From Dehalococcoidia bacterium (GTDB lineage: Bacteria; Chloroflexota; Dehalococcoidia; Bin125), in the NCBI GenBank assembly GCA_965200625.1, contig OZ241375.1, positions 8,234-72,233 on the forward strand: a DNA stretch of 64,000 bases, in the 5' to 3' direction. Shown here in pieces: positions 8,019-17,717 of the stretch. The notes beneath the pieces were generated by a model. The model ran no database searches. It was given only the letters and a program-made list of their open reading frames with translations, and had not been told where the DNA came from. The translations under genes and the position numbers were made by a program. The stretch's first letter is position 1, and every line of letters begins with the position of its first letter.

Positions 8019-9193
8019 CGGTCGTCTCGCTTCAGGATGTGGCCGGTGGCGAGCGGGGCGGCGCAGGCGTAGAGGCCGTACTGCGCGTTGTGAACCTGCC
8101 GCTCGCCGCATTCCTGGCGCAGCTGGCGGACGGCCTCGACGTGCAGCGCCCAGCCTTGCATGTAGGACTCGCTGGTGTGGCCGCCGCCCGTGTTGAGCGG
8201 CAGCTCGCCGCGCAGGCCGATCCGCTCTGGCGTGATCCAGTCGCCGCCCGCGCCGCGTTCGCAGAAGCCCATCCCTTCGAGCGTGAACAGCATCGTCGGG
8301 GTGAAGTTGTCGTAGAGCTGGGCGAAGGCGAGATCCTCGCGCTGCGCCTCGGAGACGGCGAACAGGTCGTCCGCGATCTGCGACATCGGTTCGTGCCAGA
8401 AGTCGTCGGCGACGTAGACAGGGGTGATGTCGGAGGCCTGCGAGGTGGCGTGGATCAGGACGGGCGTGTGCTTGAGGTCGCGGGCGCGCTCGGCGGAGGT
8501 GACGATGAAGCAGACGCCGCCGTCGTTGATCAGGCAGTAGTCGAGCAGGCAGAGCGGCTCGGCGATGAAGCGGGCGGCGTGGTAGTCGTCCATCGTGATC
8601 GGCCGCTGCATGACGGCGTTGGGATTGAGCGCCGCGTTGGCGCGGTTGGAGATTGCCAGGTGGCCGAGCGCCTCAGTCGTGGTGCCGTAGCGGTACTGGT
8701 GGCGGCGGAACATCATCGAGGTCACCGCGCCGGGCGAGGTCATGCCGTAGGGCGCTTCAAACATCGCCTGGGTGGAAATGCCGAGATTCTCGCCGCCGTA
8801 GCGCGCGCCGGCGGAGAGGCCGTTGTTGCCGTAGATGCAGGAGACGACGTCGGCCAGCCCGTTGGCGACCGCGAGCGCGGCGTACTGCAGGGCGATGCCG
8901 GACTGACGGCCCTCGCCGGGCAGGACGTTGACGAAGCGCGGATGGCGCAGGCCGATCATCTCGCACATCCGCCCATAGTGGGGCAGCCGCGAAACGATCA
9001 CGCCGTCCACGTCAGTGCGCCTGAGGCCGGCGTCGCGCAGCGCCTCACGAAAGGCGATCAGCCCCAGCTCATAAGCGGAGCGTTCCGGGTCCAGGTCACG
9101 GTAGATAGCGCCAAACTCAGTCGTGCCCACCCCAACAATGGCGGTCTGGTCCTGCAGGTTGCGCAAGGCGCTGCGGTCGGGTTGAGTTGTCAT
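8015..9193 (-). CDS. thiolase-like (SCP-x/nonspecific lipid-transfer type) protein
   Basis: The likely start is MTTQPDRSAL at ~9193. Thiolase fold (TAIVGVGTTEFG...). The ORF-track N-terminal extension to 9427 runs through a repeat element and is rejected. Confidence 0.85.
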   Translation of the reverse strand: MTTQPDRSALRNLQDQTAIVGVGTTEFGAIYRDLDPERSAYELGLIAFREALRDAGLRRTDVDGVIVSRLPHYGRMCEMIGLRHPRFVNVLPGEGRQSGIALQYAALAVANGLADVVSCIYGNNGLSAGARYGGENLGISTQAMFEAPYGMTSPGAVTSMMFRRHQYRYGTTTEALGHLAISNRANAALNPNAVMQRPITMDDYHAARFIAEPLCLLDYCLINDGGVCFIVTSAERARDLKHTPVLIHATSQASDITPVYVADDFWHEPMSQIADDLFAVSEAQREDLAFAQLYDNFTPTMLFTLEGMGFCERGAGGDWITPERIGLRGELPLNTGGGHTSESYMQGWALHVEAVRQLRQECGERQVHNAQYGLYACAAPLATGHILKRDDR

Positions 9194-9254
9194 GATCGGA
9201 GTATAGGAAGGGCCACGGTCGCGGCCCTTGGTTGGGGTACGGTGCTGGGTGCTC

Positions 9255-9495
9255 AAGACTTCCCCCTTTGGGGGAGCGCTGACCACTTTCGTCATTGCCG
9301 CGCGCCGCCGCGGCAATCTCGATGCGTACAGCAGCGAGGTCCGTGCTCGACGCGGCGAGATACCCGCGACGTAGTCGCGGGTATGACGGGGGAGGGGGCG
9401 CGGGTATGACGGAGGAGGGTGTGGCAAGGGTGCGCGGCGACCCCGCTTCAGTCGCTGCGCGACAGCTTCCCCCCAGTGGGGGGCAGCGAGAGAGC
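9255..9495. repeat. composite REP/BIME-like repeat (hairpin units GTCATTGCCGCG..CGCGGCAATCTCG, ATACCCGCG..CGCGGGTATGACGGAGG, CCCCGCTTCAGTCGCTGCGCGACAGCTTCCCCCCAGTGGGGGG)
   Basis: Near-identical copies at 20775-20985. The element overlaps the 3' end of the CDS at 9448-10269. Confidence 0.8.
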
Positions 9496-10269
9496 CAGCG
9501 CCTCGAGGGCGGTTTGGAATTGGTGGCGGAGGGTTTGGAGGCGTTGGGGGTTGACTTGTTGGGTGGCGGGGTGGAACCAGGGTTCGCTGAGGTACCAGTT
9601 GCGGTTCATTTCGATTTGGATCCAGGGTGGGCCGCCTTCTTTGTAGCGTTGGCCGTGGCGTCGGGTGATGTGGCCGCCCTGGAAAGGGTCGTTGAGGTGG
9701 ATTTGGTCGGGAGGGCAGTGGAAACTTTGGCTGAGGGCTTGGGCGAGTTCGTGGAGGAGGGCGGCGGGAGCGGTTTGGCCGTTTGCGTTGCTGAGGCAGA
9801 AGCGCGGGCGCGGCTCGCCGGGGTGGGGCGCGATGGCGGGCGCGTACTCGGCCATTGAGTGGCAGTCGAGCGCCAGCCGTACCTCCGGGCGCGCCGCCAG
9901 CTGCTCCAGGCGTTGGTGATAGGGGCGCCAGTAGCGGGTCAGCAGGGTCTGCGTGAGGGCGGCGTCGGGGCCCGCGCCGTGCTTCCAGACGGGGACGCGG
10001 TCGGCGGTCAGCGACTTGACCACGCCATCGGGCTGCGCCGGCGGGAGCGCGGTCGGAGGGCGATTGAGGTCAACGACGGCGCGCGCGATGTCAGTCTGCT
10101 GGACGGCGGCGACGGCGCGGCCCAGGTCGTAGATCTCGCGCGTGCAAGCGTCGCCGTCGCTGAAGATGTCGCGCGGTCGGAGGGCGGAGTGGGGCGCGGC
10201 CTCGGGCGGGACGCGGTCGCCGCCGTGCGGGATCGAGAGCAGGATCGGTAGAGGCACGGCGCGGCTCAC
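9448..10269 (-). CDS. N-formylglutamate amidohydrolase (FGase) family protein
   Basis: ORF track. PILLSIPHGGDRVPPE resembles the N-terminus of the FGase/PF05013 family. The C-terminal ...GGKLSRSD is encoded by the repeat element. Confidence 0.65.
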   Translation of the reverse strand: MSRAVPLPILLSIPHGGDRVPPEAAPHSALRPRDIFSDGDACTREIYDLGRAVAAVQQTDIARAVVDLNRPPTALPPAQPDGVVKSLTADRVPVWKHGAGPDAALTQTLLTRYWRPYHQRLEQLAARPEVRLALDCHSMAEYAPAIAPHPGEPRPRFCLSNANGQTAPAALLHELAQALSQSFHCPPDQIHLNDPFQGGHITRRHGQRYKEGGPPWIQIEMNRNWYLSEPWFHPATQQVNPQRLQTLRHQFQTALEALALSLPPTGGKLSRSD

Positions 10270-10275
10270 TGAGTC

Positions 10276-11856
10276 TCACAGGGCCGGGTGCAGGCCGCTG
10301 GGGCCGGCGGCGGAGCCGTCGCGGCGCGGATCGGCGGCGCCCTGGAAGCCGTCCCCGCTCTGGCGGCGGAGGACGGCCTGGACGCAGCCGAGATAGAAGG
10401 CGTACGGGTCGAGCGGCTTGATCTGGTAGCCGGCGGCGCGCAGGCGCTCGGTAATCGCCGGCGCGAAGCGCTCCGCTTCGAGACTGACGAGGCCGTCAAT
10501 GCCGCAGTGCAGACGGGGCGCGTCAATGGAGGCGTCGAGCGGCGCGGAGCCGTCCACGACGCGGTTCAGCACCTGCGCGAGCGAGGAGAAGATGCGCTCG
10601 CTGCCGGGGCTGCCCAGGGCGAGCCAGGGCTGGCGTTCGCGGAAGACGATCGTCGGCGCGGCGGTGGACCAAGGCACCGCGCCGGGTCGCAGATAGTAGG
10701 GATGCGACGGCTCCGCCGTTTCCAGCGCGGAGAGGTAGTTGTTGTAGAGGAAGCCGAGGCCGTCGGCGGCGGCCTTGGAGCCGTAGACCAGCTCGATTGA
10801 CTGGGTGACGGCAATCGCGTTGCCCTCAGCGTCCATGACGGAGAAGTGCGTGGTCTCGCCGATGCCGTCGTGCTCGGGATCGATGGTGGGCAGGCTGGGG
10901 TCGACCTGATCGCGGATCGAGTCGGCGAGGCCGCGGGCGTAGGCGCGGCTGAGCAGCGTCTTGTTGCGCACCTGGGCGTAGGAGTTGGGGTCGAAGGGTC
11001 GGTCGATGCGGCGCAGGAAGGCCTTGCGCAAGGCCTCGGCGAGGAAGTGGACATTGGCGGGAGAGATCGTCGCCAGGGCTTGCGATTCGAGGTGGTTGAG
11101 CATCATCATCAGCAGGAGCAGAATGCGTCCCGCGCCGGGAGGCGGCATCGTGGCGAGGGTGACGCCGCGGTAGCGGCGGCGCAGCGGACGACGGACGATC
11201 GGCCAGGGGATGAGGGCGAGATCGTCGGCGCGGAGGAAGCCGTCGTGGCGGCGCATGTCGGCGTCGATCTGCGCGGCGACCTCGCCCTGGTAGAAAGCCT
11301 CGACGCCGAGGCGGGAGAGCAGCTCGAGCAGGTTGGCGAGGTCGGGCTGGCGGAAGCGGTCGCCGGGCGCGTAGGGCGTCTCGCCGTGCTTGAGGAAGTA
11401 GGCAGCGCCGGAGCGGCCGGCGATGCGGTTGAATTGCGGGAGCTCGCGCTCCTGCAGCTGGTGTTGGAGCGGGGTGATCGGGTAGCCGTCGCGGGCAAGC
11501 TCGAGGGCGGGGGCGAGCACGGCGCGCCAGGGCAGGCGGCCGTAGCGGGCGTGCAGCCAGGCGAGGGTCGCGGGCGTGCTCGGGACAGTGGTCGCGCGGT
11601 GGCCGAGCCGCAGTTCGCGGTCGCGCTCGATCCGTTCGGTGTGGGCCAGCGAGGGCACGCGGCTGGAGCCGTCGAGGGCGAACGTCTCGCCGCCGAGGTG
11701 CGCGAGGGCGACGGTCTGGCCGCCGAGTCCGCTGGCCTGCGGCTCGCAGACGCCGAGCGCGAAGCCGACGGCGCAGGCGGCGTCGGCGGCGTTGCCGCCC
11801 TCGGCGAGCATCCGCGCGCCGGCCTGCGTGGCGTGGGGGAAGGCGGAGGCGACCAT
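10276..11856 (-). CDS. ggt: gamma-glutamyltranspeptidase
   Basis: MVASAFPHATQAGARMLAEGGNAADAACAVGFALGVCEP is a GGT N-terminus, with the characteristic G-rich catalytic-region motifs further downstream. The start is chosen at ~11856 because the ORF-track start overlaps the upstream gene. Confidence 0.85.
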   Translation of the reverse strand: MVASAFPHATQAGARMLAEGGNAADAACAVGFALGVCEPQASGLGGQTVALAHLGGETFALDGSSRVPSLAHTERIERDRELRLGHRATTVPSTPATLAWLHARYGRLPWRAVLAPALELARDGYPITPLQHQLQERELPQFNRIAGRSGAAYFLKHGETPYAPGDRFRQPDLANLLELLSRLGVEAFYQGEVAAQIDADMRRHDGFLRADDLALIPWPIVRRPLRRRYRGVTLATMPPPGAGRILLLLMMMLNHLESQALATISPANVHFLAEALRKAFLRRIDRPFDPNSYAQVRNKTLLSRAYARGLADSIRDQVDPSLPTIDPEHDGIGETTHFSVMDAEGNAIAVTQSIELVYGSKAAADGLGFLYNNYLSALETAEPSHPYYLRPGAVPWSTAAPTIVFRERQPWLALGSPGSERIFSSLAQVLNRVVDGSAPLDASIDAPRLHCGIDGLVSLEAERFAPAITERLRAAGYQIKPLDPYAFYLGCVQAVLRRQSGDGFQGAADPRRDGSAAGPSGLHPAL

Positions 11857-11920
11857 CCCGCGCGGATCGGCTGCGTTGCGCTGGGGTTGACCGTCCGCCG
11901 CGCTGGGGCGGAAGCGGCCC

Positions 11921-14185
11921 TCAACTCGTTGCAGTCGCACGTTCGCTGTTCCTTCGGCGCGAGCGGCGGGGGCGCAGCTCGAGCAGCGTCTCCGCCAACA
12001 GCATCGCGCGTTCCACCAGCGAGTGGCGCAGGATGTACTCGTCGTCGGTGCGCGCGTCGCCGCCGACGGGGCCGAGCCCGTCAATGCGGGCGGCGCTGTC
12101 GGGCGCGAAGCAGATATCGGCGGCGGCCCAGCGGTGGCGGGCGGTGACGGGATGGCTGAGGTCGCGGGCAACGCTCTGGATCGTCTCGAGCAGGGCGCGA
12201 TCACGGTCGGTGGGCTGCAGCGGCGGGCGGCCGGGCCGCGCGGCGACCTGCATCCGCACGCCCGGCACCGTGCGCGCGTTGGCGATCCGTTCGACGTTCT
12301 GATCGAGCGGCGTCCCCGCGGCGGGGTCGGTGAAGCGCAGGATCAAGTCGGTCTCCGCCCGCCAGGGCAGGCGCGCGCCGCCGGCGTCGAAGCGGATGCG
12401 GGTGATGTGCGCGTGGACGCCGCCCTCGGGCTGCTCGGGCAGTGCCGGGTCGGTGTCGGCGTCGAGCGGCGTTGGGCCGCGGCTCAGCTCCTGCAGCGCC
12501 AGGATGCGGTTGCTGAAGTGGCGCAGGACCTGTTCGGCGGAGACGTCGCGGCGCTGGCGGCGGAAGGTGGATTCGAGGTGGTAGCGCTGCTCGCCGGCGC
12601 GGGCGCTGATCAGGGAGCCGTCCGGATCGCCGGATTTGAGGCCGATCACGTGGCGGGCGCGACGGGCGGCCGCGTCGATCAGCGACTGTCCGCCAGCGCC
12701 GTTGTGCGCGCCGTCGCTGGTGAGCAGCACGGCGACCCGCAGCTGGCGCAGACGGCGGATGTGGCGCAGCCCGCGCAGCGCCGCCAGGGCGACGGCGACG
12801 CCGCCCTTCGCTTCCGCCACGCCGGAGCCGTAGAGACGCCGGTCATCGGCGCGGAAGGGCGCCAATTCGCTGGTCGAGGCGCCGGTGTCCAGATGGCCGA
12901 GCAGCAGCACGTCGTCGGTGTCTTCGTGATGGTTGCGGGCGAGCAGGGCGTGGCCGAGCGCGACGCGGGGCAGGCGTTCGACACGGAAGTTGAGCGTTTC
13001 GAGCTGGCGCGCGATCCAGTCGCCGAGCTGGTTGACGCGGTCAACCGCGTCGGTCGGCGTACGGATTTCGACCATCCGCCGCACGCTGTCCTCGATCGTC
13101 GCGGCGCTGCTGCGGATGTGCGTGCGCATCCGCGCGCGGGGACGCTCGGTCTGGTTGGCGGCGGCGTCCGCCTGCTGCGACTCGCGCAGCCGCTCCGCGC
13201 CGAAGTAGCGGATTGCGGCGACGTCGAGCATCCGGTTGATCAGCCCCTCGTAGCTGTAGCCGGCAGTCTGGGCGGCGTGGACGTAGGTGCCAGTCAGGCC
13301 GAGCGAGGCCATCGAGTTGATTTCCAGGATGTAGGGGCGGTTCGCGGCGTCGAGGCGCAGATCGACGCGGGCGAAGTCGTAGAGCTCGAGGCTGCGGAAG
13401 GCGAGCCGCGCGAGCTGCTGCAGCTCGGCGGTCTGCTCATCGCTCAGCGGGGCCGGGCAGAGCTTCTCGCGCGGGCGGCGGAGCTTGTCGCTGTCGGTCT
13501 GAATCGCGTTGGGATCGCCTTCGAGGTCGATCTCGACGATCGGCAGCACCTCCGGGTCGCCGTTGCCGAGCAGGCCAATCGCCAGCTCGCGGCCGGCGAT
13601 GAACTCCTCGACCAGCACGTGCTGGCCAAACTCGTTGATGATCGTCGCCACCGCCTCGCGCAGATCGGTTTCGTTCTCGACGATCCGGATGCCGTAGGAG
13701 ACCGCCTCCATCTTGGGCTTGACGATCAGCGGATGCTCGGGCGTGCAGACGAGGTCGGCGAAGACGTCGTCGACGGAGGCGAAGTTCCAGAATTTGGCGG
13801 TCGGCAGGCCGGCGGCCTGGAACATGATCTTGGCGATCACCTTGTCGAGCGCCATCCCGTGCGCCTGCGGGCCGGAGCCGACGTAGGGCACGCCGAGCAT
13901 CTCGAGCATCGCGGGCAGGTGGGTGTAGCGCGAGACGCCCTGGATCCCGTAGGCCATGTTGAAGACCATCCCGGGCCGCTCGCCGGCGAGCACGCGGGGC
14001 ATGAAGTCCTGCAGGCGTTCGACGATGTGCATGTTGCCGTCGATGATCCGCACGGTGTGCCCGCCCGCCTCCAGCGCTCGCGCCACGCGCTCGACGGTGC
14101 GCGGGTTGTAGCGCTCGCGGTTCTGAGGGCCAAAGACATTGATCACCCCGCTCGCATCACGGTTGTGGACAATGGCGACGCGCAT
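11921..14185 (-). CDS. fusion protein: N-terminal D-Ala-D-Ala-ligase-like ATP-grasp domain plus C-terminal M20-family metallopeptidase (ArgE/DapE/CPG2-like)
   Basis: Start MRVAIVHNRDASGVINVFG, with a GGGGAAGG SD-like sequence upstream. The C-terminal domain has LLLGHLDTGAS...GVAEAKGG, as in M20 peptidases. Confidence 0.8.
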   Translation of the reverse strand: MRVAIVHNRDASGVINVFGPQNRERYNPRTVERVARALEAGGHTVRIIDGNMHIVERLQDFMPRVLAGERPGMVFNMAYGIQGVSRYTHLPAMLEMLGVPYVGSGPQAHGMALDKVIAKIMFQAAGLPTAKFWNFASVDDVFADLVCTPEHPLIVKPKMEAVSYGIRIVENETDLREAVATIINEFGQHVLVEEFIAGRELAIGLLGNGDPEVLPIVEIDLEGDPNAIQTDSDKLRRPREKLCPAPLSDEQTAELQQLARLAFRSLELYDFARVDLRLDAANRPYILEINSMASLGLTGTYVHAAQTAGYSYEGLINRMLDVAAIRYFGAERLRESQQADAAANQTERPRARMRTHIRSSAATIEDSVRRMVEIRTPTDAVDRVNQLGDWIARQLETLNFRVERLPRVALGHALLARNHHEDTDDVLLLGHLDTGASTSELAPFRADDRRLYGSGVAEAKGGVAVALAALRGLRHIRRLRQLRVAVLLTSDGAHNGAGGQSLIDAAARRARHVIGLKSGDPDGSLISARAGEQRYHLESTFRRQRRDVSAEQVLRHFSNRILALQELSRGPTPLDADTDPALPEQPEGGVHAHITRIRFDAGGARLPWRAETDLILRFTDPAAGTPLDQNVERIANARTVPGVRMQVAARPGRPPLQPTDRDRALLETIQSVARDLSHPVTARHRWAAADICFAPDSAARIDGLGPVGGDARTDDEYILRHSLVERAMLLAETLLELRPRRSRRRNSERATATS

Positions 14186-14299
14186 GAACACCTTCCCCTG
14201 AGCACTGGCCGCAATCAGCGCGTCCGGCGCACTGCGGGCACTGTATGAGCAGAGTGCAGCCGCAACTAGCGGCCCATGTAATATCTGGCTCCCTGCCCA

Positions 14300-14480
14300 G
14301 CGCTCTCCAGAGAGGGAGCGCTGACTTCCGTCGTTCCTGCGAACGCAGGAACCCATCCGGCGTAGCGCTCAGGCGCTCACAGTGGGCAGCCCGCACGGTG
14401 ACCGGATCATTCGTCTGGGTTCCCGCTTTCGCGGGAACGACGGAAGGGGGTGAGCGGAGAGATGATGGGGGGGGGGGTGC
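14300..14480. repeat. REP-like hairpin repeats (CGTCGTTCCTGCGAACGCAGGAACCCA; TGGGTTCCCGCTTTCGCGGGAACGACGG) ending in a G11 homopolymer (14467-14477)
   Basis: Inverted repeats are readable. The G-run lies ~65 bp upstream of the FN3 gene start codon. Confidence 0.75.
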
Positions 14481-14543
14481 TACCGTGCATTGACGGATTA
14501 TGGCGGCTGACCTGCTTGGGGTTGGCGTGGAAAGGGTTGGGCT

Positions 14544-16780
14544 ATGCGGCTCGTGCGACTGTTGGTGGGGTTGGCGGCGCTGGTGGCGGTTTTGGCGGGC
14601 GGCTCGCTGGCGTTGGGGCAGACCTATGACGCGGGGCTGAACGCGAGCGTATCGGGCACGTATGTGCACGTGACCTGGAACGGCGACGTGGACGCGCCAG
14701 GGGGAGAGCAGGCGACCGGGTTTGCGCTGCAGCGGGCGGTCGCAGGGACGGAGCTGGGCGAGTGCAGCGACGCTCCGAGCGCGAGCGTGAGTCGGTTCCC
14801 GGAGTCGGGAGAGCTGAGCAAGGACGACTTCCGGAACTACACCGCAGTCGCGCTGACGCCGGGACAGAGTACACCTTCCGGCTCTGCGGGGCGTACGGGA
14901 GCAACGATACGTCGTACGCCATTCAATCGGTGAACGCCACGACGACCAGTCCCGCCGCCCTCGAGGGGCTCACCCTGGAGAAGATGGGCGGCAGCGTGCG
15001 GCTCAGCTGGAACGAGTACTCGAACGCTGACGGCGAGACCGCAGACCGTTACCGCCTCAATTGGGGACCGCTGGACACCGCCGCCAGCGGCGATGCCCAG
15101 TACCGGCGCATCCGGGAGAGCCGGGCGACCAAGGCGCAGGACGACATCTGCGACGCCGACGGCCTCTGCGCCATGAACATCATCGGCTTGACGAACGGAA
15201 CCGCGTACGGGTTCTGGGTGTTCGCGACCTACGCCGGACAAGGCGGCGGTCATGCCGCGGAGACGGAGCCGCGGACGGAGACGCCGGAGCTGCTCGAGCT
15301 GAAAGGCTTGACGCTCAGCGGCACGGCGGACGGCAAGCTCCTGGTCGAATGGGCCAGTGGTCCGAGTGGGACACAGCACTACCACGTGCGCTGGAAGGAA
15401 ACCGGCAGCATCGGCTGGCAGGGCATCATGCTGGACAAAGACGAGCGCAGCGTGGAGCTCGGCGGGATCACGCTGGGACACGACGTCTCGGTGGAAGCGG
15501 AAGCGCTGGTCGCCCGCAACCCGAGCATTGTCGCGGCGCGGGCGGAGGGCGAGACCTCGGCGCACATCGCGGTCAGCGCCAGCGCCGAGGCGCGGACCGG
15601 CACGCTCCACGTCGCCTGGGAGGTGCCGGACGACGTGGATCTGAGGAACGACTGGGGCGTCAACCGCTGGTCGATCACCTGTAAGCCGACGGATCCGGCG
15701 CACGGGTCGGGCGGCGGCAACATCAACCCGCCGGCGGACCATGATCACACGCTGCCCGTCCTGCCGATCGTGGAGCATCAGGTCACGATCAAGGGGCTGA
15801 CCTCCGACAACCGAGTGGTGGCGATGGGCAGCGCGACCGGCACGCCGAATCCGCTGCCGACGGCGCCCGCGATCGTGCCGCTGGGCGCGGTCACGACGAC
15901 GACGGTCGCCGCGGAATTCCCCGCAGTCCCCTACGATCCCGAGAATCCCGACAACCCCGAGGCGGGACCCAGCGTGCCGCCCGGCATTCGGGTTGAGTGG
16001 GAGTTGCCTGCGGGCGTCGCCGCCAATGACGTCAGCGTCTGGCGGGTCTGTGTGGACGGGCTGTGCTACCCGAACAATACGGTGAGCTCGGGGAGCACCC
16101 TGCGCGTGGTCTGGATTGGCTGCACGGAGGACGCCAACGAGATCTGCGACCCGGGTGAGCACGTCGTCAGCCCGAATCATCCGATTCAGATGAACACCTG
16201 CCACGAGATCGAGGTCACGGCCCTGAACCAGCACGAGCAGGTGCTGACACAGGGCACGGGCGAGGGCTGGGTGCTGGATCACAACGGCAACCCACCCGCC
16301 TGCGCCCCAGCCCCGCCGGCAGACGAGGAAGAAGAAGCCGAGCCGGGCGGCAGCGGCAACAACGTCGGAGGCGGCGGTGACAGCGGTGGAGGCGGTAACA
16401 GTGGCAACACGTACACGCCGCCGACGTCCAACTACGTACCGCAGTCCGCGTCGCAGCCGACGCCTGCGCCGCAGCCGGCACCCAAGTTAGCGATTGAAAC
16501 GATTGATCTGAGCCTGAGCTCACAGACGACCCTGCTGCGGGAGGTCGTGACGGCGACCATCGCGCTGAGCACCAGCGCCGGCGCGGCCATTGACGATACG
16601 GTCATGATCGATGTCAGCGGCGATCTGAATCTGCGCGTGCTGGACGTTGATCTGGAGGCGGGCGTTGCGTCTACCAACGGTGAGGTGACGGTGAGCTTTG
16701 AGGTTGTCGGCGGCGGTGGCTCGTCGACGATTACGGCGATGGTCGGCGATGACGATGATCCGGTGACCGCCTCGGCGTAG
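14544..16780 (+). pseudogene. large secreted fibronectin-type-III repeat protein (signal peptide, multiple FN3 modules, Gly/Pro-rich region), interrupted by a -1 frameshift at ~14861
   Basis: ORF 14544..14933 (frame 0, signal peptide MRLVRLLVGLAALVAVLAGGSLALG) and ORF 14762..16780 (frame 2) overlap. The FN3 consensus ...ALTPG|TEYTFRLCGAYGS is restored if one G is added to the GGG run. Confidence 0.7.
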
Positions 16781-17038
16781 GTGACGTTGGAGGCGGATCT
16801 GGACTGTTTGGCCGCGCGAGAGTGGAAGCTGGATACGTTCATGGTCTGGGCTTGCGAAGGCGAGATCGGGGCGGCGGAACTGTACGACGCCCTGCAGGAC
16901 GTTGGCTCGAGCGCCATTCTCTACTGGGATCGGGAGTCCGGCTGGCAGCGGTATGCGCAGTTGGCGAACGGGCAGCAGGTACCGGGTTCGGTTGAGTTCC
17001 AGCTGTCGCAGCACAGCATCGTGTGGTTGGCGAGCTAG
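16781..17038 (+). CDS. hypothetical small protein (85 aa), GTG start abutting the upstream stop
   Basis: ORF track, with a strong GC3 bias. Confidence 0.35.
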   Translation: MTLEADLDCLAAREWKLDTFMVWACEGEIGAAELYDALQDVGSSAILYWDRESGWQRYAQLANGQQVPGSVEFQLSQHSIVWLAS

Positions 17039-17039
17039 C

Positions 17040-17135
17040 CCCGCCGTGGCTGGGGGGCAGCGTCCCCCCAGCCCCTCCCTCCCCCCCCCAGTCACTTCGT
17101 GAGAATTCCCCCAGAGAGGGAGCTCTTGCGGGGCG
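17040..17135. repeat. REP-like repeat with a C9 tract (17081-17089)
   Basis: CCCCCCCCCAGTCACTTCGTGAGAATTCCCCCAGAGAGGGAG motif. Confidence 0.7.
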
Positions 17136-17161
17136 TATGCTGGGGGAGTGAATGGGGGGTG

Positions 17162-17473
17162 ATGGCGATTTTCAATACGGCTCGGTTGATGGGGGTGTTG
17201 GTTCGGGGGCGGATTGCGGAGCCGGAGAGGCAGATGGAGGCGGCGTTGGCGGAGTATGGGAGGCTGGATCGGATGGAGGCGATGGAGGCGCGGATCCTGC
17301 AGGCGCTGGCTGGGGTGTTGGCGCAAATGGCTGAGTTGGAGGCGAAGGCGGCGGCGCGGGAGGCGCAGGCGGCGGCGCGGGAGACTCGGCAGGCTCGGCA
17401 TCTCAATCAGGCGGTGGGGGTGATCCTGGGGGGGATTGCGATTGCGGTGGGGTTGATTATTGGGCTGGGGTGA
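17162..17473 (+). CDS. hypothetical protein with a coiled-coil and a C-terminal TM helix (MAIFNTARLMGVLVRGR...GVILGGIAIAVGLIIGLG)
   Basis: Internal ATG of ORF 17099..17473. Confidence 0.4.
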   Translation: MAIFNTARLMGVLVRGRIAEPERQMEAALAEYGRLDRMEAMEARILQALAGVLAQMAELEAKAAAREAQAAARETRQARHLNQAVGVILGGIAIAVGLIIGLG

Positions 17474-17487
17474 GCTGGCGGGGTTTG

Positions 17488-17650
17488 GGCGGCCCCCCTC
17501 AGTCACTTCGTGACAGCTCCCCCAGCGGGGGAAGTGCCCCGTCAGGGGAGATGGGGGGCTCTCCGGAGGCGCGGGACTTGGGCTCCCCCTTTAATCGCTT
17601 TGCGACGGCTTCACCCTGCTGGGGCAGCGAGGGTTGGGGGGATGGGAGGT
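17488..17650. repeat. REP-like repeat cluster
   Basis: CCCCTCAGTCACTTCGTGACAGCTCCCCCAGCGGGGGAAGTGCCCCGTCAGGGG and related motifs. Confidence 0.7.
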
Positions 17651-17717
17651 GTTGCGGGTTGGGTGGGGGTGCGCTATTTTCGGGCTCACGGCGCGTTTGA
17701 TGCTGGAGGGTGGCGCT

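Noticed and set aside
9194-9427. N-terminal extension of the thiolase ORF (MPHPPPSYPRPLPRHTRDYVAGISPRRARTSLLY...)
   Set aside because: Translates a REP-like repeat element; the same peptide appears in another spurious ORF (20749..21210). The real start is MTTQPDRSAL.
12023-14248. 741-aa plus ORF and 10846..12147 plus ORF
   Set aside because: Antisense to the ATP-grasp-M20 and GGT genes.
14837-16282. 481-aa minus ORF; also 18600..20189 minus (529 aa)
   Set aside because: Antisense to the FN3-repeat protein genes; Arg-rich.
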